Assembly (NCBI GenBank): GCA_002633005.1
Contig: NMRA01000184.1
Span: 691,407 to 755,406, forward strand
DNA length: 64,000 nucleotides
Direction of reading: 5' to 3'
Source of the DNA: Phoronis australis
Lineage: Eukaryota; Animalia; Phoronida
Shown piece by piece: positions 38,977 to 52,705 of the stretch (positions are counted from its first letter, which is position 1; the number at the start of each line of letters is the position of its first letter). The notes under the pieces are model-generated. The model saw only the letters and a list, made by a program, of their open reading frames with translations. It was not told where the DNA came from and searched no databases. Both the position numbers and the translations under genes were made by a program.

Positions 38977-40419
38977 GACATGATTGCTTGAACTGTTATA
39001 CCGTGTGGCCGACAGGGTGTGTTATTCTCAGTCGCCTATGTATCACGGTCGGCATTTTGTGGAGTGGTGCGACAATCCCAAACGCATTCAGCTACAATCA
39101 TTAAGCAATCTGAACATGGGACGAGGCATCTTTGTCGAAACGAACCTCTGAAATAAGATGTAAGACTAACTAGTAGAGCCTATGCGTAATCGTCAGATAC
39201 TGAACTTTTATCGGACTACACCGAACTTGGGCAAAGTAAAGTAGGCTACTAGTGGCGTGATTTACAATATTATGACAGAGACGTGTTCGCATAAGCGTGG
39301 AAATCTTCACCGAATACGAATCGGTCGGTTTTATTCCCACAAAATGGCGGGCCTCAGTGAGTGATTATAGACTGCACAGCTGTCAATGATTTCTCCCACG
39401 CATGTGGCAAATTGTGAAGTGCGGTTCCTTGGTTTACCATCTTGGTGGTGTCGCAATAACTATGGTGATTGTAGAGCTTAATCACGTTTTGGAAAATCCT
39501 GTTATGAAAATGTGTTCGATTCAGTCTTGTACGGTGACGGAGACGAGTTTATTCATTGGCATGTTAAATCAATAACTCTTCGCCCATCAGTGTGACCCAG
39601 TTCAAGATAAGCAATAAAGCCGTGACGTTGCAATGTATACGGTCTGTCACAACTCACGGATCTACATACAATGCATAGCTGAGTACTGTTATAACTTATA
39701 CTAATACAAAAAAGATTAACTATAAAAGTACGAGAGAGAAAAGACAATGTCCGAAAGAAGGATACGACCAGGAAAAGATAGCATGTGAATGGAAAAACTC
39801 AACCAAAACGTAAGCCTTTTAGAACAAATATTAATGACAATGTTGCTTTTTTGAACAATGATGTTTCATACTAGAATACAGCATTGAGAAAATGGTGAAC
39901 TGAAGTACCAACTCGACATAAGAACCGGCATCTAAGCTTACGGAGGCTGACCATAGCATTGGATGTGACACATGGTACAAACAAGACTTGTATTTGTAAA
40001 GTTAGAGAACCCCAGCAATCTTCTGAATGCAGTGAGTGGAGAGTAGGTATACAAAATAAAGTTAAGAGTTTAACTTTTGCTGCAGGAGAGCTACACAAGC
40101 CGGAAGGTTACGAATAAGTGCACAAACAGTTCACATCGTTGTCGCGAAATATCAGCTGATAAGTCACATGAATTAATATAACTCAACCAAGGATACTAAT
40201 ATACCTGGCGTGCGTTCAGTAGACGCTAGGACCTACGCTAGGACCTAGCTAAAACCTAGTCAAAGTCACGTGCTCTCATTTAAAATGCACAGCAATATCT
40301 CACGTAATCTCGCGAAGTCTTGCTTTTAGCGAGGTCCTAGCGTTACACAACGGGAGGCTGGTTCATCACGTTGTCAAGTAGTTTAAAGACCGGCAGTTCG
40401 CTCCAGACTGTAATATAAT

Positions 40420-40720
40420 TCTAAAAAATTATTATCTCACATTTACTAGAGTTGTACTTTACGTCATGAGAGGAATTGTACTTTACGTCATGAGAGGCTT
40501 CATACGTCTCACAAGTCTGAATCAGTTTATTCAAACCAGCAACAGAAGGCACAAGTATAATACCATCAGCATACATCAGGTGATCAATTTTAACATCAGA
40601 GATTATGCATACAACAGACAGAGACTTCAATAACTGACGCTCAAAACATAAACAGTAAATAGATAAGAAGAGAGGATACCACCCTGCCTCACACCATTAG
40701 AGATAGTGAAACATGACGGG
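40420..40720 (-). mobile_element. LINE RT fragment
   Basis: SNGVRQGGILS and HLMYADGIILVPSVAGLNKLI motifs on the minus strand. Confidence 0.75.
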
Positions 40721-41299
40721 CATGACAGATCAGGATCGTGTGGTTTTGTCCCTACAGATCATTCTGTGTCGGACTGTCTAGGGCTGCTTTGAATGAGGTT
40801 GGCTGATGCCGTAGGTCTGAGGCAAATGGAAAAGGATTGGAAATAACGCGGAGAAGTTGACGGTGCTTGGTCAGAAAATGGATAGAGAACTCTTTCCCGT
40901 GATGAATATGCAAAACTAAGTTAATTTGACAACTTGGCGCGAACCTGGTATTATGGTAAAATATGCAAACTACGTGGGTAACTTCTGGAGTGTTTGTGTT
41001 TTGTAAAAACAGTTCGAGTGAGAAATCTGTTGAATGAGACAACCAGGGCAACATTCTTTAACCTAATGTTCTGATTGAAGTCTATCCCACTGGTGGATTT
41101 AATCATGGTAAGCCAACTTTTTATAAGAGCGCTTAGCACTGCTTGAACATTTTGACAGTGTCTTTAATTCTTTGTGGGGATTGGAACCTCGACCAAAAAT
41201 AACCAACAAAACTAATGCCAGAAATGGATTAACCAATCCGTTCAATGTTCAATCTTGTTGATTTAGTTTGAGGTTGTTTAACCCGACAACGGGGATTAT

Positions 41300-41917
41300 G
41301 TGGACAGTGCCTTTCAGAAGTGGGTTAGAGATTTAAACCTTATTTCTATTGACGATTTTGATTGGTTCAAAATTTGTCGATTCCCGTATGTTTTTACGTT
41401 AGATTCACATTTAAGGTATTTCCAGTACAAAATTGTACGTTGTATTATAACAACAAATGTCTTTTTTACGTTAATTAAAGTTCAAGAGAATGACTTATGT
41501 ACATTTTGCTCTGAGCATAGAAAGACATTTTACATCTATTCGTGGAATGTAGATATGTAAGAGAGTTCTGGAGGAAAGTTTGGGATGATTTCCTTTGGAT
41601 TGATTTTTTAAACGGCCTTGACATTCTGTTTTAAAATACCGAATGTAACAACCGCATAAATCTTGTAGTTTGAATATCAAAAAATAAAATTTATCAATGT
41701 AGAATGCAGAACAAAATTCTATTAACAACCGATGTCACTAGAGTTTTGAAAAACTATAGAAATTTAGAATTTACTATTAGTAAAATCAATGGTACATTAG
41801 AAAATCACAACGAAAAATGGAACTTAGTACAACCATAATGGTGGTAAATGTTTATGTATGTTTATGTACGTATACATTGTAATTGTCAGTTTGTTATAAT
41901 AAATGTTTGAAAAAAAA
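41300..41917 (+). mobile_element. 5'-truncated L1/Tx1 LINE 3' end
   Basis: LRYFQYKI...NDLCTFC..(L)HLFVEC..VREFW Cys/His motif; AATAAA at 41898 followed by an A-tail. Confidence 0.8.
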
Positions 41918-42504
41918 TTCTGCAAAGATAGGAACAGTGGCAAACAAGGAGCCTATCTTTGGTAGTGGGTTTTGGGCTTTATCACACAAGGTAGTTCTTA
42001 TAGTACGACCTTAAAAGCAGGAAAAATCCTGATAACAACCAACTCGTCGTTGCGCAATCTGAGTAAGAGACCTGTTGCAGTGTTGCATTTTTGTGGTCAC
42101 TTTAGAATTTATGTAATATTTTGACAGAAAAATGAACGTAGGTTTTCCCTTTCTGTTAGTCAAAACCCGTGTTTACGATTGTTATGTTACTTAAAGAGTT
42201 TGGACTCTGGAAATATAGGCGGATTTAGGGGAGGGGGGCATCCCCCCTTGGCTGCCGCACAAAAATAAAACAGCAATAGCCTAGGGAAAAGTTTATTAAT
42301 TAACTCCGGTAATTAAAATTATACGGCTGAAACATGTTTTAAATGTGTGCAGTTTTAGTGTTGGGGGGGGGGCTCAGATCCAATTTCAAGTGTCAAATTC
42401 GGAACACGGCGCAAGCGTAACAGAACTATGGCTAAGTACAGGCTCTCCCGCGATATCCCAGTCAGTGGCGCTGCGCACTACGACTCCGTTTCCGTCGTCT
42501 GCTT

Positions 42505-43213
42505 CACAGGCGTCCTCAGCTTCTGATCGTCCACAATACACTGCAAGGTACAGTATAACACTCCCGACTAGGAATTCCACGGGTGCTTCACTTCAGCCGT
42601 CCATAGTAAACACAAAACTTAATAAATTTACACAAAACAGAGATTCAACAAACCATGAAGAATTGTTCTTTCTCCCAACACCATTCACGGTGTCCTGCTT
42701 CACCCAGTTCGCAAGAAATTCGCGGTCAAAGCACAAAAATCTTCCCAAAAAGCCCGTCGTGAGAAACTCCTTTGTAAATCGAAGGTCAAGGACGATTATT
42801 ACGGAATTATCCGATAAGTTACGGATGAACGGCGCAGTTGCCAATTTGTTACGGAAAGTTACGAAATCGTTACAATCGGCAATTGCCGTTCATCCGTAAC
42901 TCATCGGATATTTCCGTATCGTCCTTGACCTTCAATTTACAAAGGAGTTTCTCCGGACGGGCTTTTTGGGAAGATTTTTGTGCTTTGACCGCGAATTTCT
43001 TGCTAACTGGGTAAAGCAGGACACCGTGAATGGTGTTGGGAGAAAGAACAATTCCTCATGGTTTTTTGAACCTCTGTTTTGTGTACATTTATTGCGTTTT
43101 GTGTTTGTTATGGACGGCTGAAGTGAAACACCTGTGGAATTTCTAGTCGGGAGTGTCATCCTTGTAGTACTATATAGTGTATTGTGGACGATCAGAAGCT
43201 GAGGACGCCTGTG
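42505..43213. repeat. ~710-bp fold-back palindrome (MITE/foldback-like)
   Basis: Arms 42505-42796 and 42918-43213 are reverse complements, giving near-identical ORFs on opposite strands; the spacer is itself an inverted repeat. Confidence 0.9.
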
Positions 43214-43603
43214 GTCTGTTCCACTGTGCAATGAAGACAATTACTTCATTAATTTTTTTAAAGAAAATGGAATCTGAGTGACGATGAAAAAGCAGAAGCT
43301 TCTGGTAAGATGTGAATTTCAATCGAAGCCTTAGTGAATCCCTCAGAAACTCATAATTCTCTCTTTGTCAAACCTTAACTTAAGACGATTTCCAAAGCAA
43401 TCGCGTCATTATTGCCAACACAAAAAACGGATTTGGTCTTTCGGGCAATTGAAGACAATCTTAAATATAACATTTTTTTTTTACGAACTGATTGCACAAA
43501 ATATAAAACGTGTAATAAGCATTACAAAAAGAAGTAGGTTTCGCGCGCAAACGCTGTGGAATATAAACAAGTAGGTCTCTCAGTATCAAATTAGGAGTGA
43601 AAT

Positions 43604-43680
43604 CGAGGTGGTGCGGTGTTAAAGCACGCGCGCTCTTTCCACTAGGTCGTGAGTTCGAGCCTGTGGTAATTGCAGTTTTT
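43604..43680 (+). repeat. tRNA-derived (SINE-like) degenerate sequence
   Basis: GGTGGTGCGGTG A-box-like and GAGTTCGAGCC B-box-like motifs; no intact cloverleaf. Confidence 0.4.
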
Positions 43681-45042
43681 CCTATTTGACACGTTCTCCG
43701 TGTTTTTTTTTTTTTTGCCTTTTTTCTTGGATAATTGTTCAGGAATCCAGGAAAATGCTTGATTTTGAGAGGAAAAAACAGAAAAATTTCCTGGGCAGGA
43801 GGGGGGTTTGTCATTCGGTGCTATGCGCATCTACAATCGTGCTTTGCGCAAATGTTTACAGACAAAATGTTGGGAACCCTTGTGATATCCTAGATCCACC
43901 ACTGGGAATATAACTATATTCATAAAAAGAGATACCGTTATTTTGAAAACCTGTTGCATGGTTGTGACGATCAACATTCAAGAACAAGAAAACGGAACAA
44001 CTAGATTGACAAGCGGGACTTCAGGATAAAAAGTGGGACATCTCGATTTAGCCAAAACGTAAGGGTGAGATGCTCGTTGTAACACACAGAGAAGCACCAC
44101 CGCCGGACATCGTTTTTTGTTAAACGGCAGATGTAACACCCAAAAATGTCGGACAACGTTTTTGTTGTTTTTTATTGCTGAATGGGAAATTGCGGCTGCC
44201 GCAAAAAACGTCCTTTTTTCTTTTTCATCAAGCGGGAAAAAATGGTTATGTCGCGCGGGACAATAGTATATGATAATATGCTAATTTGGCTGTGTGTCCA
44301 AAAGCGGGACATTTAGATGTCGTGGCGAGATGGCAGAAAAAAATCAAAAGGTGGGACAGTTCGCCAAGAGCGGGGTAATTGACAAATATGATTGGGTTCT
44401 TTTAGGAGGTAAACTTTTCCTTTTTTAAATTCTGTTTCACGGGTATAGGTAAATACACATACTACAGATAACAGTCTGACCTACTTCACAGAAATCGAAT
44501 TAGGAAAAAACGGCATCTGAGCAACAGGTAAACATTGCTCAAATGAGTTATTATGGAAACGATTGAAAATACACATGCACACACACAGACACACACACGC
44601 GCGCGCGCGCGCAAACGCACACCTCACAGTAGCGGATCTAGGATACCATAAGGGGGGGCCCAACATCCTCGGGGAATTGGGCAAAGCGCGATTGCGTGTG
44701 CAGGAGGCTGCACGAAAGTTGTGGGGGCCGAGGGGTTGTGGGCCTTCTGTTCAGAAAATCTATCTGTGGACTAAAAAAAAAAAAAAAACGGGAACGCGTT
44801 TCCGCGTCCCATCCTCCCCTCTTCCGAACTCAATATTTCCTCACGCTGTTGCTCTTTCATTTTGCTTGCGGCAGCTAATTCCGCCTATTGCTTGTAGTAT
44901 GATAGTCTCTTTTAATTTTGGTAAAGAATAAGTTTTATAACATGGGTTAAGGCAAGCTTGTATTTTAGTGTTTTATACCAAGTTAATCTTTAAAACAACA
45001 AAAACCTACTATTCTCTTTTCTGCAGGTACGATCAGAAAACA

Positions 45043-46944
45043 ATGCCAAAACGAAAATCATTTTTGGAGAAAAAGAGGGTGGATGAGGAGGGCCTACTAT
45101 TCACGGCGTGGTTTGCAAGAAACATCGATCATAAAATTTTGGAAAACCTGAAAATACGTTGTGAATCGGAACATCAGCTGGAGCCATACAGCCGGCGCCA
45201 TGCCGTCATGAACATCTTGGGTTTTATCTACCATAAGTGTCATGACCGATCCTCGCCTCAGGAAATGTTCAAACAAGTCCTAGAGGATGACCAGACTAAT
45301 TTGAACGCTCTGTTAAATTTGGCGTATGTGCATGAATGTGCTGGCCAGAAAAGCGATTCGCTGAAATATATCAGACAATACCACAGGCTTTTGCAACTTG
45401 ACGAGAAGCATCAGAAAGTCATCTATGCCAGACATTTGTATGAAATTTCGGTATTTATGCTTTCAAGAGAAGAAAATTTTATAAACAAATACTACAAAGA
45501 AATAGTCAAACATCTCCAACTTGCCATTGATCTAGGCAAGGCATATGTCATGAACGAAGTGGCCATTTGGAAGTTTGCTCTCGGTTCAACCTATATGCGA
45601 ATTGACTCAGTTTTGGCTCAGCGGGAAAATATAGAAAGTAAGTGGATGAAGTCAGCTTTGAAAAATTTGTACGAGGTTGCAATTTACCCGCTAGATCCCA
45701 ATCAGTTGTCCGAAACGTGTTATCATTACCCTTTACATGAGGCACTGTATGACACAAAAGGTAAGGCACGGGCCTACATGGGAACTGTGTTGTGGCGACG
45801 ATATACTAAAAAACGCTTCACCCTGTCGAATTTTATCGATCGCGAGACATTGCAAGCAAAGCACAAGCAGTTTGATGCTTTAAAATGTTTCGACACTGCG
45901 CAAAGCATAGCGCCAACTACGCCAACAGTGCTGCGAAGAATTGGACAAGCGTATACCGATGACAAGAAACTACGTGGTACTGCTTATGAACTGCTAAAAG
46001 GAGCCAAAAAAGCAGAACCAATTGGATATTCCTACAGTCTACTAGGTCAATGGTATCTTAAGCAGTATGAGGACGACAGAAACAGACATGATTATTTACA
46101 GCAGGCCATCAAAAAATTCCGGAAAGCAGTCGAAAAGCACTGTGACATGTTTGTTTTGTTTAAATGCCTCGCTAAGGCTTACGAGTACAATGGGGAAGTT
46201 GACAAGGCTCTCAATGTATTCGCCTCGTGCGAGAGTACGCATGAGGGACCCCGCACGGCTGAACTTTACACGTTATGGGCAGATTTACTTGACAAAAATA
46301 ATCACCACGAGTCGGCTGAAAAGAAACGAATTTTGGCTGCTGAAACTCGAAAGGGACAAAATCCAAAACAAATGCGCGATTTTGGAGTTCTTTACAACGA
46401 AAAAGACAGAAAAGCGGTTACAAAGTTTGTCGAAAATGCAGAATCCAAATTCAGCGTGAATGGGTACTTCATAGACAGGGATCTTATTCCGGGTCACGAT
46501 GTCCTGAAGGGTTTGACCCAGATGCAGGAAAAGTGCAGACTTATTATTGTTTTTGTGACGGAAAATTTTAACAAATCTGAAAAAAATGAGGGCGATCTCA
46601 GTCAAATTATTTCTGCACGGGAAAGGGGGAATACAATAGTACCTCTGCTAGCAAAGAATGGGAAATTGCCCAAATCCCTGTGTTATATACATCCGATAGA
46701 ATATAATAAAAGCAACTCTTTTTGGGAAAAACTTGGGCAAGTTCTTCAAAAAGGTCGATCACGACGATTTGCAATGATTCGGGATATTCTTAGCTCAACA
46801 AGGAAAAGATGGATTTTTGTTAAAGTATTTTTATTCTTCTTGGCGCTGTATGTCGTTTATGTGTTAGGAAATATCGAGGGACGTGTTTCTTGTTCAAATG
46901 GTCACAATTTGTTCCCCGAGCTCTACTCAAATCTGAGCATGTAA
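45043..46944 (+). CDS. TTC22/IFIT-like TPR - TIR - C-terminal TM protein, paralog 2
   Basis: Acceptor ttttctgcag 16 nt before ATG (MPKRK); same TPR blocks; TIR RDFGVLY/RDLIPG/CRLIIVFVTENF; basic stretch then TM WIFVKVFLFFLALYVVYVLG. Confidence 0.9.
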   Translation: MPKRKSFLEKKRVDEEGLLFTAWFARNIDHKILENLKIRCESEHQLEPYSRRHAVMNILGFIYHKCHDRSSPQEMFKQVLEDDQTNLNALLNLAYVHECAGQKSDSLKYIRQYHRLLQLDEKHQKVIYARHLYEISVFMLSREENFINKYYKEIVKHLQLAIDLGKAYVMNEVAIWKFALGSTYMRIDSVLAQRENIESKWMKSALKNLYEVAIYPLDPNQLSETCYHYPLHEALYDTKGKARAYMGTVLWRRYTKKRFTLSNFIDRETLQAKHKQFDALKCFDTAQSIAPTTPTVLRRIGQAYTDDKKLRGTAYELLKGAKKAEPIGYSYSLLGQWYLKQYEDDRNRHDYLQQAIKKFRKAVEKHCDMFVLFKCLAKAYEYNGEVDKALNVFASCESTHEGPRTAELYTLWADLLDKNNHHESAEKKRILAAETRKGQNPKQMRDFGVLYNEKDRKAVTKFVENAESKFSVNGYFIDRDLIPGHDVLKGLTQMQEKCRLIIVFVTENFNKSEKNEGDLSQIISARERGNTIVPLLAKNGKLPKSLCYIHPIEYNKSNSFWEKLGQVLQKGRSRRFAMIRDILSSTRKRWIFVKVFLFFLALYVVYVLGNIEGRVSCSNGHNLFPELYSNLSM

Positions 46945-49483
46945 AAGATTAAAATAATTCTCAGAAAATTATTGTGTCTCAGTTGTAAAGAATGAACGTT
47001 TCGTGCGCTATCTCTTCGATCAGGAAATTATTGCAGCAACCGAGTCAAGCCAAAAGCTATTTTTATCCTGATCTTAGGATGTTGCTTTATCATCGCAACG
47101 CTTGACTGTGTGACAAGATAAGGTATAATACTATTACCAACAGTAACCACTTAACTTTTACTCTAATGGTATTGCTGTGGTACGAGATAAGGGCAAAACG
47201 GGGGTACAAAATTGTAGTTGAATTAGTTTTAAATATAACCTCCAATTTTGTTCGAAATCCTTTAAGGTGTTGTCTTATGAAGACAGGGAGAATGGGATTA
47301 AATGATAACCAAGTGTTTATTGCCAGTCTTGTCTTTGATGAATTTCACTAATAAAATTTAGAATAAACAATTCGGCTCCTTCAGTTCTGATATGCACGAG
47401 GCAAAGAACGAAAGTGATTTGGGGTCGCACCCACTTAAAACACTGACTATTAGCTACAGCGTGAAAACAAAGAACCCCAAAAATTTCAACGGCAGTTAGA
47501 CTGGCGTTCAGGGGCGGATTCGGGCAGTGGACTGGTTAGTTATTGTGAAAAAAACGTTATCAAAAAACTACAATCATTATTTAGAAGGAATAATTCCTGA
47601 CATTTATGTTCAGGGGTTTAATATTGCTTCAACTGCGCTGTTTCCGCCCCTGAGGTAAATGAATTCAATTGACATGCAGGAACAACTCGCTATTTCAGCG
47701 TTCATACACAAAACGGTTATGTGGCGGTTAAAAATTCTCGGGAATCATTTAATTTTTCTGTATGTAGCTAAAATAAATGCTTTCCTATAGTCAGAAGCAG
47801 GTGCTTCTGCATATATAGGAATGGTGAGAAAATTTGATTTACAATTCCGATATTCATTTTGTGAGTAATTTGGTAATATAATGTCTAACCAAAAGGTTTT
47901 TCTTTCTAATGTTAGAACTAAGTAGTAAAATTGAAACAGTAATTAAATTTGATAAATTCCCTGGACAACGGTCCTGCTCGTAGAAATGCGTGTATCCAGG
48001 TACTCACGTAGGAGCACTGACATGCAGACGCCCCTCGGGTTGGTGAACTGCATTTTGCTCTAGTGAATATCGAATTGCATACTTGAAAACTCCAATGCGC
48101 AGAGCGCACCTTTTGAATTTCCAACCCAAGTCCATGCTGAAGTCTGTATGTGAAATCGGGACTTTTTCACGAGGCTTCTGAGGCGTTTGCTGAAGGATTA
48201 CGCAAACTGCAAACCGTATCTTGGGAAGAGCATAAAAGCCAGGACTTTTCTTCCCTACCAGGATTCGGAGTTCCTGCCCGTAGAAATTTTCAGAATTAAT
48301 GCGTAATAACGTGAAACATGATACATTCCAGTGATTTCAAAATAAAATTAATATTTCAAAAATCATTAAATTGTGTTATTTACGGCTCTCATTTTATTGA
48401 AGGGATTTGAAATTTTTACGTGACATGTACACGGTCACCATATACCGGTAGTCTTACGTTCGCTCATTGAGTATCGCACATTAGCTCTTTACAAAGAAAA
48501 CTTTCCCAACAATTATATATTGGCGAAAATGGCGATTATTTTCTTAATTTCGGTCCTGCTAAGGACCACTAAAATATTTCGAGTTTATTGATGAGTTGTC
48601 AACGGAAGAGTCTCTGGAATCCTCTTGTAATATCGTAACTGCCGATAAAGTGAAACCTGGCTGGCAGTTTTAGCCCAAGAGAAATGTTTGCTCGACTCCT
48701 CGTGGCAATACAAGTAACTAACAAGACAAATTAGTCCTGGAGTTATTCAGGTGTCATTCAGCAGGAGATCGATGAAAAAGATATCAGTGATGAGATTTCA
48801 CCCGACCACGAGCTCAATGACATAGAGATCGTTAGAATTATTGACGTAAGACTTGACACAATGTCTTAGAGTATTGTTAAACGCACGTTCATTTTACAGT
48901 AATGCTTTATTTCAAAACATCGAATTTTTGTTTTTATTCTACCAACAAAATTTAAATCTAGGTATATTAAACTAATCATCACTTCCGATGCTATCATCAC
49001 TTAGTTGAACTTTCTAAACTCAATTGCAATCATTTTCCTTTTGCAACAATGCCCACTACTGAATTAGGAGTCGCTGTGGTACAAGTTTCTAAAAGTGCTT
49101 CGACAATTTGTTTCCGAAAGCGGTCCCTGAGTGATTTTTGTGGATACAATATCACTTCAGGTAATCGTGAGAGAGTAGGTAACTAAGTAAGTATGTACGT
49201 AAGAATTAAGTTAGTTAGTTAGTTAGTTAATTGGTTGTTAGATTAGAATTATTGCACTTGCGACTTGAAAATTTGCTTTCTTATTAATATTTCCAATACA
49301 TAACCGATTTATTTTGGAATAACATTAGAACGAGTTTTCAAAGAAAATTGAATCACGTTGCGAATCTTTAACCTTGTCGGCAAGTCTGCAGCCAATTGTT
49401 TACAAAACTACAGATTTTAACTCAATACAAGTAGAAAGTTAGTAAGGTTATTTTTTTTTAACTTTTCAACAATCTACAATTAA

Positions 49484-50361
49484 TTGAGTCACGTGACAAT
49501 GCCTTTTAGTTAACCTGAACAAAAAACGGCCGAATAATGGCTTAATAACATGAATAAATTTTATTGGATATAAGTGTTCAAAATGAAATCTCAAAAACAC
49601 GGTTACAGTTTTCTGCAGCTTTTGATTTTTTCATGAAAATCATCCAAGTCCTACTTTTTGATGGCCCCTCATGGAACATTTTCAAAACGATATTACTTCT
49701 AAAAGTAGTTGAAAGAACACTGCACAAAGCATAGCAATTGAAAGTTTCACATGAATACGAGATATGAAGCTCCAAAATTATCTAAATTTGGACATTCCCT
49801 AGAGTCCTACATAACTACATGAGATGTCCGCGACCGTATGAACTGTGTAGACCTGCCAGTAACAGCCGAACACTCTGCCATGCTCTAGACAGCTCAATAT
49901 TCAAAAAGTGTAAGGACACCGGCCTTACTTTCAGCGAATGTCGTCTGCCAGTCAACGGAAATAAATGGCGAATAGTTATAAAATCACAAAAACTCAACGG
50001 ATTTTGTTGTCTCATAGCTTTGATGAAACTTAACAAGATGTAGAAGTATATCCCGTCTAATAATAATTTCAAAGAAGCGTTTTTCGGTCCTAAAAACATT
50101 AAGGTCTCTTTTACGTCATCAAAGTTGTACTAGCATCAGAAATTTCTAGCTTCTAAAACATATTTCATTTTAGAGATTCCACTTTTTTAATATATGCCAG
50201 TATTGATGGCAGCATTAAATTATTATAACCTGGGTTCACACGCCCACTTGCAGAGCTTCAAAAATCGACATAACAGATTTGCTCTGAATTTCTTCGAACT
50301 TTCTTTGTAAAAAATATTATAAAACCGTTTTCTGTCAAACATTTACCTTTTATTTCTCTTA
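49484..50361 (+). repeat. ~880-bp near-identical direct repeat, copy 1 (copy 2 at 51829-52705)
   Basis: ORFs 49578/51923 are identical and 49815/52160 nearly so; copy 2 starts immediately after the N at 51828. Confidence 0.9.
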
Positions 50362-50362
50362 C

Positions 50363-51827
50363 AGGAGCATGTCACCCAAAAAACAACCTAATTTGTATCA
50401 ATTTAGATCGAGTAGTTCTCCTCGATAGCGGCACGTACGGTTGCGTTACCTGACACCTGACGGCAGACGGAGGTGATGAAATTTTCCACTGACGTCATCG
50501 GTTTCACACGCAGTCTGTTCAGCAGTTCTCAATACGGGTAACTGGTGTCAGCTTATCGCTTGAATTCATCGTTTAACACCAATAAATGATCAAACTTCGA
50601 TGTAAAACCCTTAAAAGTACACCGAGTTCTTATAAAAACGTGTTGTCTTATTTCACTGTTACGGATTTATTGGTATTTGGACACACCGTAGCCAACAAAT
50701 TTCGGCAGTCCAATTTACCAAGGTCCGTAGCAGGAGTTCGTGTTCTGTTCGGAGATAAATTCTAAGTATTTTTCCGTAAATTACAGACAGTAGGATCTAG
50801 ATCTGTGTTGTTTAGACTTGTTTTTTAGTTCTTAACACAAAAAACGCTTGTTATCCCAGCCAGTGTCTCGGAACCCGATCAGGCCCGTCGCGGCCGGACT
50901 GACTCGTTATCCCGGCCAGTGGCTCGGAACCCAAACAGGCCCGTCGCGACCGGACTGAGGACATCAAGAACATTAACCAGCCAAAGTTGGAAACTAAGCT
51001 TGAAGTCAAGAAAATACTATACTAGTGAGCTAAAGAAGTAATGTGCACGTGATTATTTTGGTGAAGCCACGAAACTGCAAATCTACTAAGGCCGATCGTC
51101 GGGGGCCTTGAATTCAGGTTCCCGTTTGGCCACAGAACCGCCAGGGCAGAAGTTGTACATTGACAATCATTATTTGAATAATGTATTAGTAAATAAAGAT
51201 TCCCCTAACACCTGGCCGTGGGATGGAATATCGAGTTATTGTTTCACAACAGATTCTGTCAGCAAACACTGAATTAGCTTGCGCTCACACGGCCTCGGGG
51301 TGTCCGGTCAAATTAGTTTTATTGCACCTGAAGCCGGTAACGCAGTGATTTATTCATTGCTGGCTTCTCAAATCATTTTCACTCACGAACACTCCACAGG
51401 CATTACAAATTGCATCTAATGGGACACACTTTCTTTCAGTTTTATATATATACGTATTGGTTAGGGTGAGAATAATTCATTTTGAAACAGAACGCTTACT
51501 GAGTAATAAACGTCAACATGGCAACTCGCAATCCCGACTTGGAGGAGTACTCATCTGACGAAGACTTCCCAGGTAGATCGTAAGTTTTCTCAGGATATCA
51601 GTTCGAACCAGCTAGAGTACACTGATCAAGAAGTATTAGAGAGGCGCCGTGAACGTGCACAAACAATGGAGCACATGGATAGTTCCGAAAACCGTCTCAT
51701 GGTATCAGTGCGCTAACTGCACCATAATGGAAACAACTGATCCACGTTTCTTTGCTTCCTGCCTGCCGAACGCAAACACACTAGGCACAGCATCTGACTT
51801 CAGCCTCGGTTGCTTTTTCTGCCCTGG
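50363..51827 (+). mobile_element. Second copy of Kolobok family B, truncated at assembly N
   Basis: Starts AGGAGCATGTCACCC, colinear with 32376-33665; KolX/P2X7-C-terminal-like start MATRNPDLEEYSSDEDF..GYQFEP..YTDQE..SWYQCANCTIMET (51518-51735). Confidence 0.8.
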
Positions 51828-51828
51828 N

Positions 51829-52705
51829 TTGAGTCACGTGACAATGCCTTTTAGTTAACCTGAACAAAAAACGGCCGAATAATGGCTTAATAACATGAAT
51901 AAATTTTATTGGATATAAGTGTTCAAAATGAAATCTCAAAAACACGGTTACAGTTTTCTGCAGCTTTTGATTTTTTCATGAAAATCATCCAAGTCCTACT
52001 TTTTGATGGCCCCTCATGGAACATTTTCAAAACGATATTACTTCTAAAAGTAGTTGAAAGAACACTGCACAAAGCATAGCAATTGAAAGTTTCACATGAA
52101 TACGAGATATGAAGCTCCAAAATTATCTAAATTTGGACATTCCCTAGAGTCCTACATAACTACATGAGATGTCCGCGACCGTATGAACTGTGTAGACCTG
52201 CCAGTAACAGCCGAACACTCTGCCATGCTCTAGACAGCTCAATATTCAAAAAGTATAAGGACAACGGCCTTACTTTCAGCGAATGTCGTCTGCCAGTCAA
52301 CGGAAATAAATGGCGAATAGTTATAAAATCACAAAAACTCAACGGATTTTGTTGTCTCATAGCTTTGATGAAACTTAACAAGATGTAGAAGTATATCCCA
52401 TCTAACAATAATTTCAAAGAAGCGTTTTTCGGTCCTAAAAACAATAAGGTCTATTTTACGTCATCAAAGTTGTACTAGCATCAGAAATTTCTAGCTACTG
52501 AAACATATGTCATTTTAGAGATTCCACTTGTTAATATATGCCAGTATTGATGGCAGCATTAAATTATTACAACCTGGGTTCACACGCCCACTTGCAGAGC
52601 TTCAAAAATCGACATAACAGATTTGCTCTGAATTCCTTCTAACTTTCTTTGTAAAAAATATTATAAAACCGTTTTCTGTCAAAAATTTACCTTTTATTTC
52701 TCTTA
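51829..52705 (+). repeat. Direct repeat copy 2 (empty-site haplotype)
   Basis: Matches 49484-50361 and continues through TTAA without the Kolobok insert. Confidence 0.85.

Noticed and set aside
42345-43240. Similar ORFs on opposite strands (184 aa, 102 aa)
   Set aside because: By-product of the DNA palindrome; no protein motifs.
49578-52444. Duplicated small ORFs as gene duplicates
   Set aside because: Non-coding-like sequence duplicated across an assembly N.
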